A stretch of 57,346 nt of DNA from Scyliorhinus canicula. Lineage: Eukaryota. The translations under genes were made by a program, and so were the position numbers. Below the pieces are notes generated by a model that was not told the origin of the DNA, made no database searches, and saw only the letters and a program-made list of their open reading frames with translations. This document shows, piece by piece, positions 12,801 through 25,813 of the stretch (position 1 is its first letter; each line of letters begins with the position of its first letter). The stretch is from assembly GCF_902713615.1 (NCBI RefSeq), contig NW_024055478.1, positions 926,363-983,708 on the forward strand. Reading direction: 5' to 3'.

Positions 12801-13330
12801 CATAATTAGGAAATATTCCCTCTAATATCTAAATATAAGGACATGCCAAGTCTGTTAGTAGAATTTTCCTGTGTCCTATCTCTCTGTGTCTTTCTCATAA
12901 CTGGTTCTATCTCATGTCCCTCCACGAAGGGTCATTGTCTTTAATCGACATGTGGCCAACACTAATAACAATTTTACTGTGAAAAGCCCCGAGTCGCCAC
13001 ATTCCGGCGCCTGTTCGGGTAATCTGGAACGGGAATTGTACCCGCGCTGCTGGTCTTGTTCTGCATCACTAACCAGCTGTCTAGCCCACTGAGCTAAACC
13101 AGCACTCTCACCCCGTTGGCTTCCAACTAAATGGATAGAATCGAATCCGATTAATTGGAATCTCATTGGAAGCTAAAATGAGGTTGGAGCATTCAATGAC
13201 ATTGGAGTGTTTAATGAGAACTGTAGAGACAATTTTCCTCTATATCTGATTTGGGATTCACATGGTAGTTGAGGATTTGACGTGGCAGGGCCGAAGAATC
13301 TTTCCTTGCACTTAATCAAGCTGCCAGGAC
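9895..13330 (+). repeat. Old tandem segmental duplication, copy B
   Basis: Colinear with 1519-1548 plus 4111-6990. Retains a longer CR1 remnant (~10770-11470) and has its own SINE insertion (12961-13101). Confidence 0.85.
12961..13101 (-). mobile_element. tRNA-derived SINE (family of 7082), partial
   Basis: TACTGTGAAAAGCCCCGAGTCGCCACATTCCGGCGCCTGTTC...CTGAGCTAAACCAGC. Confidence 0.75.
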
Positions 13331-14446
13331 ATTGGAGCATTTGATTGCCCAGGGTAGAGCAAGCTTTACTTGCATGTAACCTGCACTGAACCTGCCCTGT
13401 GAGTGTTGGACATGACTGTGCACAGAGAGATTTACTCCGTATCTGAACTGTGCTGCACCTGACCTGGGTGAGTTTGATGGGAAAATGCAGTGATTTCTTT
13501 ACCCAGTAACTAACCCCACTGTCAACCTGTCTTGAGGATCTCTGAAGGAAGAGTGCAGAGAGGTTTTGCGTGGTATCGAACTCTTGGTTTCCAGGCAGTT
13601 AATGTGTTTGAGCGAGTTATGTAGAGGGAATTTAATTGTACATCTAAACAATCTGCAGCTGCTCTGAGAATGTTTGATGGGGACAGTGTAAGGGAGTTTC
13701 TCTTTGTCACCAACCTGTGATGCACCTGTCCTGTGGGTGTTTGAAGGGACAGTCGTCGCTGGCTCTGTATTGCACCAGGCCGTGAGCCCGTCTCTGTTTA
13801 TATTATACTACCTTGTACCTGTGTCAGTTGATATTAAATAAGGACCTATTTCTCTTTGTTCATATCAAACTAGGCCACCAATTAGAGGACATGTATTGAT
13901 CAATAAGGCGTTCAGGAGTTATTGGGAGAAGGCAGGAGAATGGGGATTAGGAACATATTGGCCATGGTTTAATGACGGAGCAGTCACGATGGGTCGAATG
14001 GGCTAATTCTGCTCCTATATCTTATGGAGTTATGGACCCAGTTTGTCTCTCTTTACATTAACCTAGAACCTGACTCTGTTTCTATTAATTTAAACCTGTC
14101 TCTGTATTACATTAGATACAGCTTCAGTTCTGCACCGGGCCATATCTCTGTTCATATTACATTGGACTCAGCCTCAGTAATTGCTGCGGTAGACCACGCA
14201 CAATAATATGGAAAGTGGCTGAGGTGGAAATTGTGAAGGTTAAAAAAAAACTGAGGGAAAAGTGAGAGTCTAAAATTCTTCAGCAAGCAATGCTGATCTA
14301 TGTCCAGATAAACGACATAGTCTGTCTTGTCAGCACCCTAGATGCATCTACATACAAGCGCAGACCTCCCTGATCTTCTTGCAGCCACTTCAAATTGTTC
14401 AACTGAACTATTGCTTGTGCCTAGTGCAATAAACTAAGGGAATGGA

Positions 14447-14667
14447 GGGGCAGCACGGTGGCCTAGTGGTTAGCACAGCTGCTTCACGGCGCTGAGGTCC
14501 CAGGTTCGATCCCGGCTCTGGGTCACTGTCCATGTGGAGTTTGCACATTCTCCCCGTGTCTGCGTGGGTTTCACACCACAACCCAAAAATGTGCAGAGTA
14601 GGTGGATTGGCCACGCTAAATTTCCCCTTAATTGGAAAAATAATTGGGTAATCTAAATTTATAAAAA
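14447..14667 (+). mobile_element. HE1-like SINE with 16-bp TSD
   Basis: TSD AAACTAAGGGAATGGA at 14431-14446 and 14668-14683. Confidence 0.9.
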
Positions 14668-15244
14668 AAACTAAGGGAATGGAATAGTTGTAATTGTGTA
14701 ACAGAAACAAAGGACCATTAGATAAATAACTGAGACAGAACCTAATGTTGCAGCAACATTCATTCTCTTCACAGCAGAGACACAGTAGCTGCATTGTGTA
14801 ACATCGCCGGGATGCACTGCAGCAACTCGCCAAGAATTCTTCAACAGCACCTTCCATACCCGAGACCTCCGAGAATCACAAGGGCAACAATCTCATGGGA
14901 ACACAATACTCTGCATCCTCCTACACATCCGACTCTCTGGGGTAGGAATTGGTCTTGGGTACCGGCAACAACGTAATGCCAACTGAAATCAAATTATGTT
15001 GCCTGCACTGAAAATGAATATCAAATGTTGCATAGCACACACTGCAGACACTATACATCCCGTTTCAGGCTGTTGCCATCTACTGATTTCTTGTCCAAAA
15101 TGTCTATTTATTATATTATCTTTCCATCTCAAAGACATGTGGAATAATGCGCCCACAATTCAAAATAGAGGCATCATCTGGCGCATTAATAAAAGTGAGC
15201 AGGTCTCGGAAAAAATAGGCAGATTCAGGATCAAATATAGAATC

Positions 15245-15535
15245 CCTACTGGGCAGAACGTCACTCGGCCCATAGCATCTGCCCCGACCTCTGAAAGAAC
15301 ATCTTCCCCAATCCCCTGCCCTTGCAACATGACCTGCGCATCCCTGGAAACTAAGGGGCAATTTAGAATGGCCAATACACCTACCTACATATTTTTGGAT
15401 TATGGGAGGAAAAAGGAGCATCCGGAGGAAAGCCACTCAGACACAGGGAGAAAGTGCAAACTCCACACCGATCGTCAAGAATTGAACCCTGGAGCTATGA
15501 GGCAGCAGTGCTAACCACTGTGCCATCATGCCGCC
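15245..15535 (-). mobile_element. HE1-like SINE (diverged)
   Basis: Reverse complement of the SINE head (...GAGGCAGCAGTGCTAACCACTGTGCC) and body. Confidence 0.7.
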
Positions 15536-16049
15536 GATAACATAATCAGAGACTGGGTCTAGTGCAATATAAACTGAGTTGTGGTCTAGCGGAGTGCCGA
15601 TTGATACACATTGAGACATGATCAATGCAGCAATAAGAGGGATATCTTACAACACAAGAATAACAGGGGCAGGGGCTAGTGTTATATAAACAGGGACATG
15701 GACAGGTGTAGAATTAAGCAAAGCAGCATTGAGTTTATTAGAATCTAACTATCTTGTCGAGTAATAACTGAGACCGAACCACGTGATGCAAACAGAATGT
15801 TGTTCCAGTTACGATGCACAGATAAACGTTCTGATGCTGTAACCATTGTGACGTGTTTCGTGCCAGACTAACCGAGACATGATTCGGTGCAGTTATTATT
15901 AATGATTTGTAATATAAACAGGGCGTGTGCCTGTATATTAACAACTGATATTCAGCCGAGTGCAGGGAAACTGAGACAGGACCTGCTGCAATGTGATAGA
16001 GACACGGCGAGTGTAATGTAAACAGAGGCGGGGGTTAGGTGAATGTAAG

Positions 16050-17137
16050 CTGAGAGATATGTTTTAAATGATTTAATGGCATTTTGGTGTCACCAGTAAC
16101 GTCAGCATTTCATGCCAATTCCTAATTGCCCTTGGGAATGTGGTGTTGAGCCAGCTTATTGAACCATTGCATTCCATACTGAGTAAGTCCACGCACAGAG
16201 CTGATAGGAAGGAGTTCCAGGATTTTGACCAGTGACAGTGAAGGAACAGAGATATAGTTCCCATCTTCTGGACTGCAAATTCTATGAAATCTATGAAGAT
16301 GGTGTGTGGCTTGTCGGGGAACTTGCAGGTCTTGCTGTTATAATGCGTCTGTCGGGCCTGGTCCTTTTAAATGTCTGAGTTCGTGGGTTTGGAAGGTGGT
16401 ATAGAAGGAGGCAGTTGCTGCAGTACATTCTTCTATATCGCTCACGCTGCTAGAATTGTACACCCGTGATGCAGGGAGTGAATGTTTCAGCTGGTGGATG
16501 GGGTGTTCCTCGAGCCGGCCGCTTTGTCCTGGATGGCGTTGAGATTCTCGAGTGTTGCTTGAGGGGCGCACTTCAGACAAATGGAGAATATTCAGTTAAA
16601 CTCCTGACTTCTGCCTTCTAGATGATGAGTAGGGGTTGGGAACTCAGGAGGTGAGTAACTCACCGTAAAATTTCCAGCCACTGACCTGCTCTTGTAGCCA
16701 CATTATTTAAATGGTTCTTCCAGTTCAGTTTTTCATCAATGCTAATGATGGTGGGGGATTCTATCAAGGTAGTGTCATTTAAAATCAAGGGGAGTTGGTT
16801 AGCATCTCTATTTTTGGGGTGGTCATTGCCTGACGCTTGTCATCCCAAGCCTGAATGTTGTCCAAGTCTTACTGTATATGAAGACAGGCTGCTTCAGTAT
16901 TTGAGGAGTCGAATATGGTGCAGCACATTGGGTAATAATCAGCAAACATCCCTACTTCTGACCTTATGATGAAGGGTGAAGCGAGGGCCGGGGGCACTAT
17001 GCGAGGACACTATACGCAATAGGATGCTCCTTGACACTTTTCATGAAGTTGCTGATGATCAAATGCGGACTGATGGGGTAATAATTGGCCGGGTTGGATT
17101 TTTCCTGCCTTATGTGGACGGGTCATGTTTGGTAATG
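16050..17137 (-). mobile_element. Degenerate CR1-like LINE remnant
   Basis: Blocks such as GGAAGGAGTTCCAGGATTTTGACC...ACAGTGAAGGAAC recur at ~21130 and ~29900; no intact ORF. Confidence 0.5.
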
Positions 17138-20100
17138 TTTTTTTTTTATAAATGTTTTTATTCAGTTTTCGTATTTTATATTGAACAAATTACAAATTGT
17201 TAGGAGAGAGAAACAAAAAAAAAAACAAACAAAAACAAACACGCAAAAATTAACATACATATTTACAGGTAAGCATCTTCGTAGTAGTAACTGCGCCCCC
17301 CCCCCCCCCCCCCCCCCCCTCAACATTTTTATTTAGCTTGGTTTTGGGCCTTAGCTAGCCATCGACCCCCCGTAACGAACCTGTAGCCCCCCCCCCCCCC
17401 CTCCCGCTACCTTCCCCCGACTATTCTTCCTCTTGTACATTGGCCACAAATAGGTCCCGGAACAGTTGCATGAATGGCTCCCACGTTCTGTGGAAGCCGT
17501 CGTCCGACCCTCGGATGGCAAATTTGATTTTCTCCATTTGGAGAGATTCCGAGAGGTCGGACAGCCAGTCCGCAGCTCTGGGCGGTGCTGCTGACCGCCA
17601 GCCAAACAGGATTCTACGGCGGGCGATCAGGGAGGCAAAGGCAAGGGCATCCGCCCTCCTCCCCAGGAATAGATCTGGCTGTTCTGAAACCCCGAAGACC
17701 GCCACTATCGGGCATGGCTCCACCCTCACTCCCACCACTTTGGACATTACCTCGAAGAAGGCTGTCCAGTACTCCACGAGTCTGGGGCAAGACCAGAACA
17801 TGTGGGCGTGGTTGGCCGGGCCTCTTTGGCACCGTTCACATCTGTCTTCCACCTCCGGGAAGAACCTACTCATACGGGTTCTTGTTAAGTGGGCTCTATG
17901 TACCACTTTTAGTTGCGTCAGGCTGAGCCTTGCGCACGTGGAGGTGGAGTTGACCCTATGCAGTGCTTCGCTCCAGAGTCCCCACCCGATCTCCATCCCC
18001 AGGTCGTCCTCCCATTTCCTCCTTGTTGCGTCCAGTACGGTGTCGTCCCTATCTACCAGTCGGTCATACATGTCACTACAGTTCCCTTTCTCTAGGATAC
18101 TTGCGTCCAGTAGGTCTTCCAGTAGTGTCTGTCGTGGCGGTTGTGGGTACGTCCTTGTCTCCTTTCGTAGGAAGTTTTTGAGCTGCAGGTACCGTAGCTC
18201 GTTCCCCCCAGCTAGCTGAAATTTCTCTGTCAGTTCGTCCAGTGTTGCGATCCTGTCGTCCGTGTATAGGTCCCTGACTGTCAGTGTCCCCCCGTCCTGC
18301 CTCCACCTTTTGAAGGTGGCGTCGGTCAGTGCTGGTTTGAACCTATGGTTGTTGTAGATGGGAGCCCTGTTCGACATTTTGGTCAGGCCAAGTTGCTGCC
18401 GCAGTTGGTTCCAGGATTGGAGGGTGGCTGTCACCACTGGGCTGCTGGAGTGTTTTTTGGGTGGGGATGGGAGTGCTGCCGTGGCGAGGGCCCGGAGGGA
18501 GGTTCCCATGCAGGAGGCCTCCTCCGCACGCACCCACTCAGCTTCTGGCTCCTGGATCCATCCCCTTACTCGCTCGGCTGTTGCTGCCCAGTGGTAGAAT
18601 TGTAGATTCGGGAGGGCTAACCCTCCCCTGGTTTTTGTTTTTTGTAAGACCTTCTTTGGGATCCTAGCATTTTTACCCCCCCATACGAACGCCATGATGA
18701 GCTTGTCCAGCGCTTTGAAAAAGGCCTTGGGGATGTAGATCGGAATGGATCTAAACAGGAAGAGGAACCTGGGCAGTACGTTCATTTTGATCGTCTGAAC
18801 TCTCCCCGCGAGGGAGAGCGGGAGTGTGTTCCATCTTTGCAGGTCCTTTTTAACTTCCTCCGTCAGGCTGGTGAGGTTCCATTTGTGGATCCCTTTCCAG
18901 TCATGGGCTATTTGGATCCCCAGGTAGCGGAATTTATGTCGGGCTTGTTTGAACGGCAGCCCCTTTAGTGCTGCCCCCCCCCCCCCCCCCTTGCGGGTGT
19001 AATGGGAAGATCTCACTTTTGCTCATGTTGAGTTTGTAGCCTGAGAAGGCTCCAAACTCTTTCAGGAGCGCGATGATTCCGTCCATGCTGCTTTGTGGGT
19101 CCGAGATATAGAGGAGCAGATCATCCGCATAGAGTGAGACTCTGTGCTCTCTACCTCCCCTTCGGATCCCCCTCCAATTTTTTGCTGCCCTGAGCGCGAT
19201 TGCTAGCGGTTCAATTGCTAGTGCGAACAGCAGCGGGGACAGTGGGCATCCTTGTCTGGTGCCCCTGTGCAGCTGGAAGTATTGGGAGTTGGTATTGTTG
19301 GTCTGTACACTCGCCATGGGAGCGTTGTACAGGAGCTTTACCCAAGCGGTGAACCCTGTTCCAAGCCCGAACCGCTCCAGTACCTCTATGAGGTATTTCC
19401 ACTCGACTCTGTCGAAGGCCTTTTCTGCGTCCAGGGAGACGATCACCTCTTGTGTTCTCTCCCCGGAGGGGGTCATTATCACGTTCAGCAGGCGCCTGAT
19501 GTTCGCGGTCAGCTGTCTACCTTTGACAAAGCCCGTCTGGTCCTCTGTGACCACCTCAGGTACACAGTCTTCTAGCCTTTTGGCTAGGATTTTGGCCAGT
19601 ATTTTGGCGTCTGCATTCAGCAGAGATATGGGTCTGTATGACCCACATTCCGTTGGGTCTTTGTCTTTCTTAGGTATCAGCGAGATTGAGGCCTGTGCTA
19701 ACGTGGGTGGCAACGTGCCCCTAGCTAGCGAGTCTGTGAACATCTCCCGCATGTGCGGGGCCAGCGCTGTCGCAAATTTTTTGTAGAAGTCCGCCGGGAA
19801 TCCGTCCGGTCCCGGCGCCTTCCCCGCCTGCATGGAGCTAATGCTCTCCATGATCTCTCCCAGTGCTAGTGGTTCTTCCAGATCCCGTTTTCTACCCTCT
19901 CCCACAACTGGTATGTTCAGTCCGTCAAGAAACCGGTTCATCCCAGCCTTCCCCGTTGGGGGCTCTGAGGTGTACAGCTCTTGGTAGAAGGCCTTGAAGG
20001 TTTTGTTAATCTTCTCTGGTTCTGTTTCCAACGTGCCTCTGGTATCTCTGATTTGCGCAATTTCTCTGCTGGCTGCCTGCTTTCTCAGCTGGTGGGCCAA

Positions 20101-20964
20101 CAGGCGGCTGGCTTTGTCTCCGTGTTCGTATAGGGCCCCGCGTGCCTGGCGGAGTTGGTGTACTGCTTTCCTGGTGGAGAGCAGGTCAAAGTTCCTTTGT
20201 AATTCTTTTCTCTCTGCCAGGAGTTCTACAGTCGGGGCCTCGGAGTATTTATGGTCTACCTCCAGTATGGAGTCGACCAGCTTCTGCCTAGCCACCCTTT
20301 CCTCCCTATCTCTTTGCACTTTGTAGGCTATGATTTCCCCTCTTAGTACGGCCTTAAGCGCTTCCCAGAACGTGGAGGGTGAGACCTCCCCGTTTTGGTT
20401 GATCTCAGTGTACTCCGCTATGGCCTGCGCTATCCTTTCGCTGAAGGCCTTGTCAGCTAGTAAGGCACCGTCCAACCTCCATTTGGGGCGCTGGGCGCTT
20501 CCCGTCTCTAGCCGCACATCCATGTAGTGTGGAGCGTGGTCTGATATCACAATTGCGGAGTATTCCACCTTGTCTATCTCTGGAAGCACCGTTTTCCCCA
20601 CCACAAAGAAGTCAATTCTGGTGTACACGTTGTGTACTGGGGAGAAGAAAGAGAATTCTTTCTCCCCCGGGTGGGCGAATCTCCAGGGGTCTACTGCTCC
20701 CATCTGCTCCATATAGTGGCTGAGTTCCCTTGCCATGTTTGAGGTTTTCCCCGTTCTGGGGTTTGATCTGTCCGTCGTTGGGTCCTGTACACAGTTGAAG
20801 TCCCCCCCCATGATTAGTCGGTGCGTCGCTATGTCCGGGATTTCTGCCATGGTCTTTTGGATGAAGCTCGTGTCGTCCCAGTTGGGCGCGTACACGTTAA
20901 CTAGAACTACCGGCGCCCCATCCAGGGCCCCGCTGACCATGACATACCGTCCCCCTGGGTCCGT
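17138..20964 (-). mobile_element. L1-clade retrotransposon copy 2 (longer, 5'-truncated within the endonuclease domain)
   Basis: Poly(T) at 17138. ORF2 pieces 18934..20940 (EN end ISDHAP, RT YADD) and 17421..19016, frameshifted at a C17 tract (18974-18990). Near-identical to copy 1. No TSD found. Confidence 0.95.
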
Positions 20965-20999
20965 AAAGATTAGTACAATTTTAAATTAAGTTATATGGT

Positions 21000-21870
21000 T
21001 CTGGTGTCGCTAGCTGGGCCATGATTTATTGTCCATCGCTAATTGTCTTTCACAAAGTGGTGGTGTGCTACCTATTTGAACCTCCGCAATCACTCTGGTG
21101 TCGGTAAACCGACGGTGTTGTTAGGGAGGGAGTTCTGGTCGTTCGAACCAGCGACACCGAAGATGCTGCGATATATTTCCAAGTCAGGATAGTGAGTGAT
21201 TTGGAGGGGAATTTCCAGGTGGTGATCTTCCCATGTGTCAGCTGCCTTTTCCTTCTAGAAATTAATGGGCCTGGGTTGAGAAGGCGTTTCAAATTAGACT
21301 TGATGGGTTTCTGCGGTGCATCTTGTGGATGGTACATTATTGTCATTGTTCGTCGGTTGTGGATGGAACCTTGCCTCGCACATCTCCTCTAAACTTTGCC
21401 CCACGGACCTTAAACCTATGCTCCCTGGTGACTGACCTCTCCACCCTGGAAATGAATTCCTGCCCATCCATACTATCCATGTCCCTCATAAGAGTGTTTG
21501 TACATAGGGTGACGATCAAGTGGACTGCTTTGACCTGGATGGTGTCAAGCTTCTTCAATGTTATTGGAGCTGCACCCAGCCAGGCAACTGGAGAGTATTC
21601 AATTACACTCCTGTCTTGTGCCTTGTAGATGGTGAACAGGCTTTGGGAGTCAGGAGTGAGTTACTTGCCGCAGGTTTCCTAGACCCTGACCGGATTATGT
21701 CGCCTCAGCAATTATATGGTCAGTCCAGGACAGTTTCTGGTCAATGTTAACCCCAGGGTATTGATAGAAGGGGATTCAGCGATGACAATATCACTGAATG
21801 TCAAGGAGAGATTGTTGGATTCTATTTTGGTGGAGATGGTCATTCTTTAGCACTTCCGTGGCGAATGTTA
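21000..21870. mobile_element. Mixed CR1-like LINE remnants
   Basis: Minus-strand ORF 21343..21558 RVERSVTREHRFKVRGAKFRGDVRGK matches the CR1 ORF2 C-terminus; other degenerate blocks nearby. Confidence 0.55.
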
Positions 21871-24361
21871 CCAATTGTCACAATTCAGAAAGTTAAATAA
21901 TTAAATATATCAATTATGATCAACTCACAACATAAATAGTTACATTCACAAATTATTTTCGGCATTTGGTTTTACAAAATGTAAATGCAATTCATTGAAG
22001 GGAGGTGGATTTGAGACCTGGAAGAGATCAGCCACGATGATTGTGAAATTCCGACTTCTGCTCCTCATTCCTATAGAACAGTACAGCACAGAACAGGCCC
22101 TTCGGCCCTCGATGTTGTGCCGAGCAATGATCACCCTACTCAAACCCATGTATCCACCCTATACCCGTAACCCAAAATTGAGAATGTAGAACAACATCTT
22201 TCAGACCATCTATCTATCCATCCAACAACCACATTCATTGAGTCCTCAATCAAAATATTCAGGCATCCAACCAACATCCATCCCTACAAAAAAGCAGTCA
22301 TCCCTTTATCTTTGGGCATGTGGTGGTGTAGTATTCATGTTATTGAACCAGTAATCCAGAGGCCCAGGCTAATTCTGCGGGGACTCAGGTACAAATCCCA
22401 CCATGGCCGGTGGTGGAATTTGAATTCAATTAATAAATTTGGAATACATAATAATGGTGACCATGAAATCCCCTCTGCTTCATCAATGAAGGAAATCTGA
22501 CATCCCTCCCTGGTCTCACCTACATGTGGCTCCAGTTGGACAGCAACACATCTGACTCTTCAGTTCCTTCTGAGCTGGCCCACTCCGTTCAACAGCAATT
22601 AGGGACATGGATCACATGGTGGTCTTGTCAGTGAGTCCCACATTCCATGGAAGAATAAAGGGAAAAAAACATAACTGCACATGTTTATCTATTACAAAAT
22701 GTATCCCGTCTGATTGTCTGAATGTATTTCTATCCATCATCACAATGTTATGAGGTGTGGGAGAGATCCTCCAGCCGGTTAGTATTGTTAAGAGAGGCTA
22801 GAAAAGCTGGATAACTCTCCTTTCCTTAGAGATGGGAACAGTTCAAATAAGTTCACAATTTAAAACATAAAAAGATCTCCAGTACTGTTGCTGGGTAGAT
22901 TTGTTTATAAATAGTCCTCATTGACAATGTTAAGAGTTTGAAATTGGCTTGCAGCCAAGCGGTCAGTACTGAGCCAACAGATCTCTGAAAAAAATACAGA
23001 TGCTTCCTGTAAACAACATTGAACATTCGAGCCTCCCTGACTGCAGGCGGCTGGATTGCTGCCAAATACTGTGTGGGGCAGATTAACCTGAATATGAATG
23101 GATTAAATGGGATTTATCCATTCAAACAATAAATGTTTCAGTCTCACATGAACTAAACGTTTTAAATGGTGATCCATGCAAAGAAATATATTCACTGAAT
23201 GTTTTGTTCACCCTGAGATTAAACATGATCGGAAAATAGAAACCTGACCAGATGCTATTTAATTTATATTAGTTCTGAGTAAAGGTCGCTCTAGTTATTA
23301 AAGTCCATTTGTTAAGAACCTAATGAAGTGAGAGTGAGTGGTATTGATGGACCCAACCCATAAGTTCAATAAGATGACTCCAATTACAAAAAATAAAATA
23401 AAATAAATTAAAAGTAAATAAACTGCATTGAACTCGCGAGGAATCCAGGAATATTCTCCGAGTTGTTGATCTCCTTTAAACGGAGTCGTCTCTTATACCC
23501 GATTAACACCGTGTTCTGTACAGTTTAATTTGTCTGGATTTCAATAATTTAACAGTCCCTCTTATTGCTGCCAACGAGTGGAGAAATGACCAGTTCATGA
23601 CCTGCTTTAGTGGAGAATAAAACATTTATTCTTCTGATATTGCTTAATCTGCCGCAAAGTCCTGATGTCCTGTGTTCCCAAAACCAGTGAATGTTAGACA
23701 GCCGGTGGTCAGTAAAATTAGCGGCAATGATTTGGATGCTGAAGGATAACTTTGCTGATCGCCGCGTCCGTTCTGATTCATTAACTTCTCTGTCAAAAGC
23801 TGGTGTGAATTTTATGTTTCTCTGTCAACTCACTGCTCAATAATCTGGCAAGCGGCTTCTTTTACCGCCAATGTTCACAGGACTGTCTGAGGCTCAGGGG
23901 CAGTTCGAGAAATAGCAGGAGAGACATTGTGTAATGTGAGAGTTTCTTCTTGTCCCCAGACCTACATTGTTTAATGATAGTCGTGCACCATTTAAATCGA
24001 ATCACTTTATTCATTGCCCGTATTTAGTTACAGAATTCGAGAACAACTCTTCTGATAAATTATAAGTTATTGTTTTAATTGGATAGAGACCCAGAGTTGT
24101 TGCAAATTAGACAGACAGACGTCTTATTCCCTGTTAATATAATTCCATCTGTTTGTGATCATCCACTTATGTTGGAGTACAGAAATAAAGGACTGAATTT
24201 ACAATGGAATTAAGTTTAATTAACAGATGCGAAAATATAATTTCACCAATAGGATGACGAGAGACATTACAATGAATCCATTCAGACAAACAAATATCCC
24301 GATACAGATAAATGTCTATTTTAATAATAACCTATAGTAAATCTCTGGGTCCTTTCAGTTG

Positions 24362-24480
24362 TTGGGGGGGGGGGGGGGGTGGTGGAAGGTGGGACGTGGG
24401 TCCAGGCGCCGCCTCCACCAGGCAATCAACAGGCGGCGCCTGGAAAGCCGCCCCCTTCTGCCGGGTATTTAAATGCCGCT
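24362..24480 (+). promoter_or_regulatory. VH promoter region: G-tract, 14-bp inverted repeat, TATA-like box
   Basis: G run 24364-24379; TCCAGGCGCCGCCT (24401-24414) / AGGCGGCGCCTGGA (24431-24444); TATTTAAAT at 24466-24474, ~80 bp upstream of the ATG. No octamer seen. Confidence 0.6.
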
Positions 24481-24552
24481 CACTGGGAGCCGAATCCAAC
24501 AGTCCGGGAGCTGGTTTGTTCACTGAGTTCCTGACACAACCATTCCCCCCAA

Positions 24553-24610
24553 ATGACCAGAAGGATGAGGTGGGCCATTTCTCTCAGTTTGTTGCTGACT
24601 TTCTTATCCC
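24553..24610 (+). CDS. IGHV: IgH V leader exon
   Basis: MTRRMRWAISLSLLLTFLS(R), donor GTGAGT at 24611; alternative ATG at 24565. Confidence 0.9.
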
Positions 24611-24738
24611 GTGAGTAGTTTTTATTGTCCAAGTCTCTCACTGTTACTGTCTCAGTGTTAGTCTCTCTCTGGAATGTTCCAGAGTCACCAATCATTTCAC
24701 CAGCATTAATCCTCGGGCTTTTTGATATATTTTTACAG

Positions 24739-25043
24739 GTGTCCAGTCGGATGTTGTGTTGACTCAGCCAGAGGCAGAGACCGGGCGTCCCGGAGGCTCC
24801 CTGACACTGACCTGTAAAACCAGCGGCTTCGACCTTGGCAGCGCCGGCATGCACTGGGTCCGGCAGGTTCCCGGACAGGGGCTGGAGTGGCTGGTTTGGT
24901 ACTATACTTCATCCAGCAACAACTACGCCCCAGCCATTAAAGATCGATTCACTGCGTCCAAAGACACTTCAAGCAACATCTTCTCTTTGGCCATGACGAA
25001 CCTGAAGACCGAAGACACCGCCATCTATTACTGTGCAAGAGAC
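24739..25043 (+). CDS. IGHV: Ig heavy-chain variable gene segment (germline)
   Basis: Acceptor TACAG; [30 protein letters not shown]...[13 protein letters not shown]...[10 protein letters not shown]; conserved Cys, Trp, Cys; open frame. Confidence 0.98.
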
Positions 25044-25082
25044 CACAGCGAGAGGAACCAGGGCTGGACCCGCACAAGAACA
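25044..25082 (+). promoter_or_regulatory. V 3' recombination signal sequence, 23-bp spacer
   Basis: Heptamer CACAGCG 25044-25050, 23 bp, nonamer ACAAGAACA 25074-25082. Confidence 0.9.
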
Positions 25083-25437
25083 GCTCGAGAGGGAATTCAG
25101 CAACTTGCACCTTAATCTGAAGGTCAGTACTTGATCCAAATGTAATATTAATGCCAGTGATCAGAATCAAAGCACACGCTGCTTCTTACATAACTAACAC
25201 AGAGAAAATTAAACTGTAAAACTTAACAAACCAATGAGCTTTTGGCTGTTTATATTGACTGTTCACAGTTTCAGCAATTAGAGACTTGCCTATATCCTGG
25301 TTTTATTATTTCTGATTCTTGGAGAAAGTGTATGTACATTGGGTTTTATAAACTGCTGTCAAATTATAAATTGGATCAGAAGTAAACGTGTATTTGAAGT
25401 GAATATTGAGCGGCAGGATTGAACAGAGAGTGAGTGC

Positions 25438-25515
25438 AGTTTTTGTGCGGGTGTCTGTCACTGTGACTACAGTGGGTCACAGTGCTGTGCACAGCGACAT
25501 CCTCATACAAAAACC
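25438..25515 (+). other. IGHD: D1 segment (25466-25477, ACTACAGTGGGT) with 5' 12-RSS and 3' 22-RSS
   Basis: AGTTTTTGT 25438-25446, 12 bp, CACTGTG 25459-25465; CACAGTG 25478-25484, 22 bp, ACAAAAACC 25507-25515. Confidence 0.95.
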
Positions 25516-25813
25516 TCAGTGAAAGAGCTTGTTCAAATTGGTGATCAAGGCCACAGCAGGATTTTCAACTTAAATGAGGCTTAAATAAAACACAATATTA
25601 GTTTATAAAAAGGTATAAAAATCTTCCACTTTATCTCTGTTGACCGACACACTATATCTGCACAGAGGGTTTAAAAGTGTTCTGGCCCTCTTTATAAATT
25701 TAATGACCAGGACAAGCTGAAATAACTCACCCATTCGCTCTTGGAAGAGACAGAGTTAGTTTTTGAGGGAGCAGTGAATTTAAATCTCTGTTTTTTAGTC
25801 AACAGTCTGCCGC

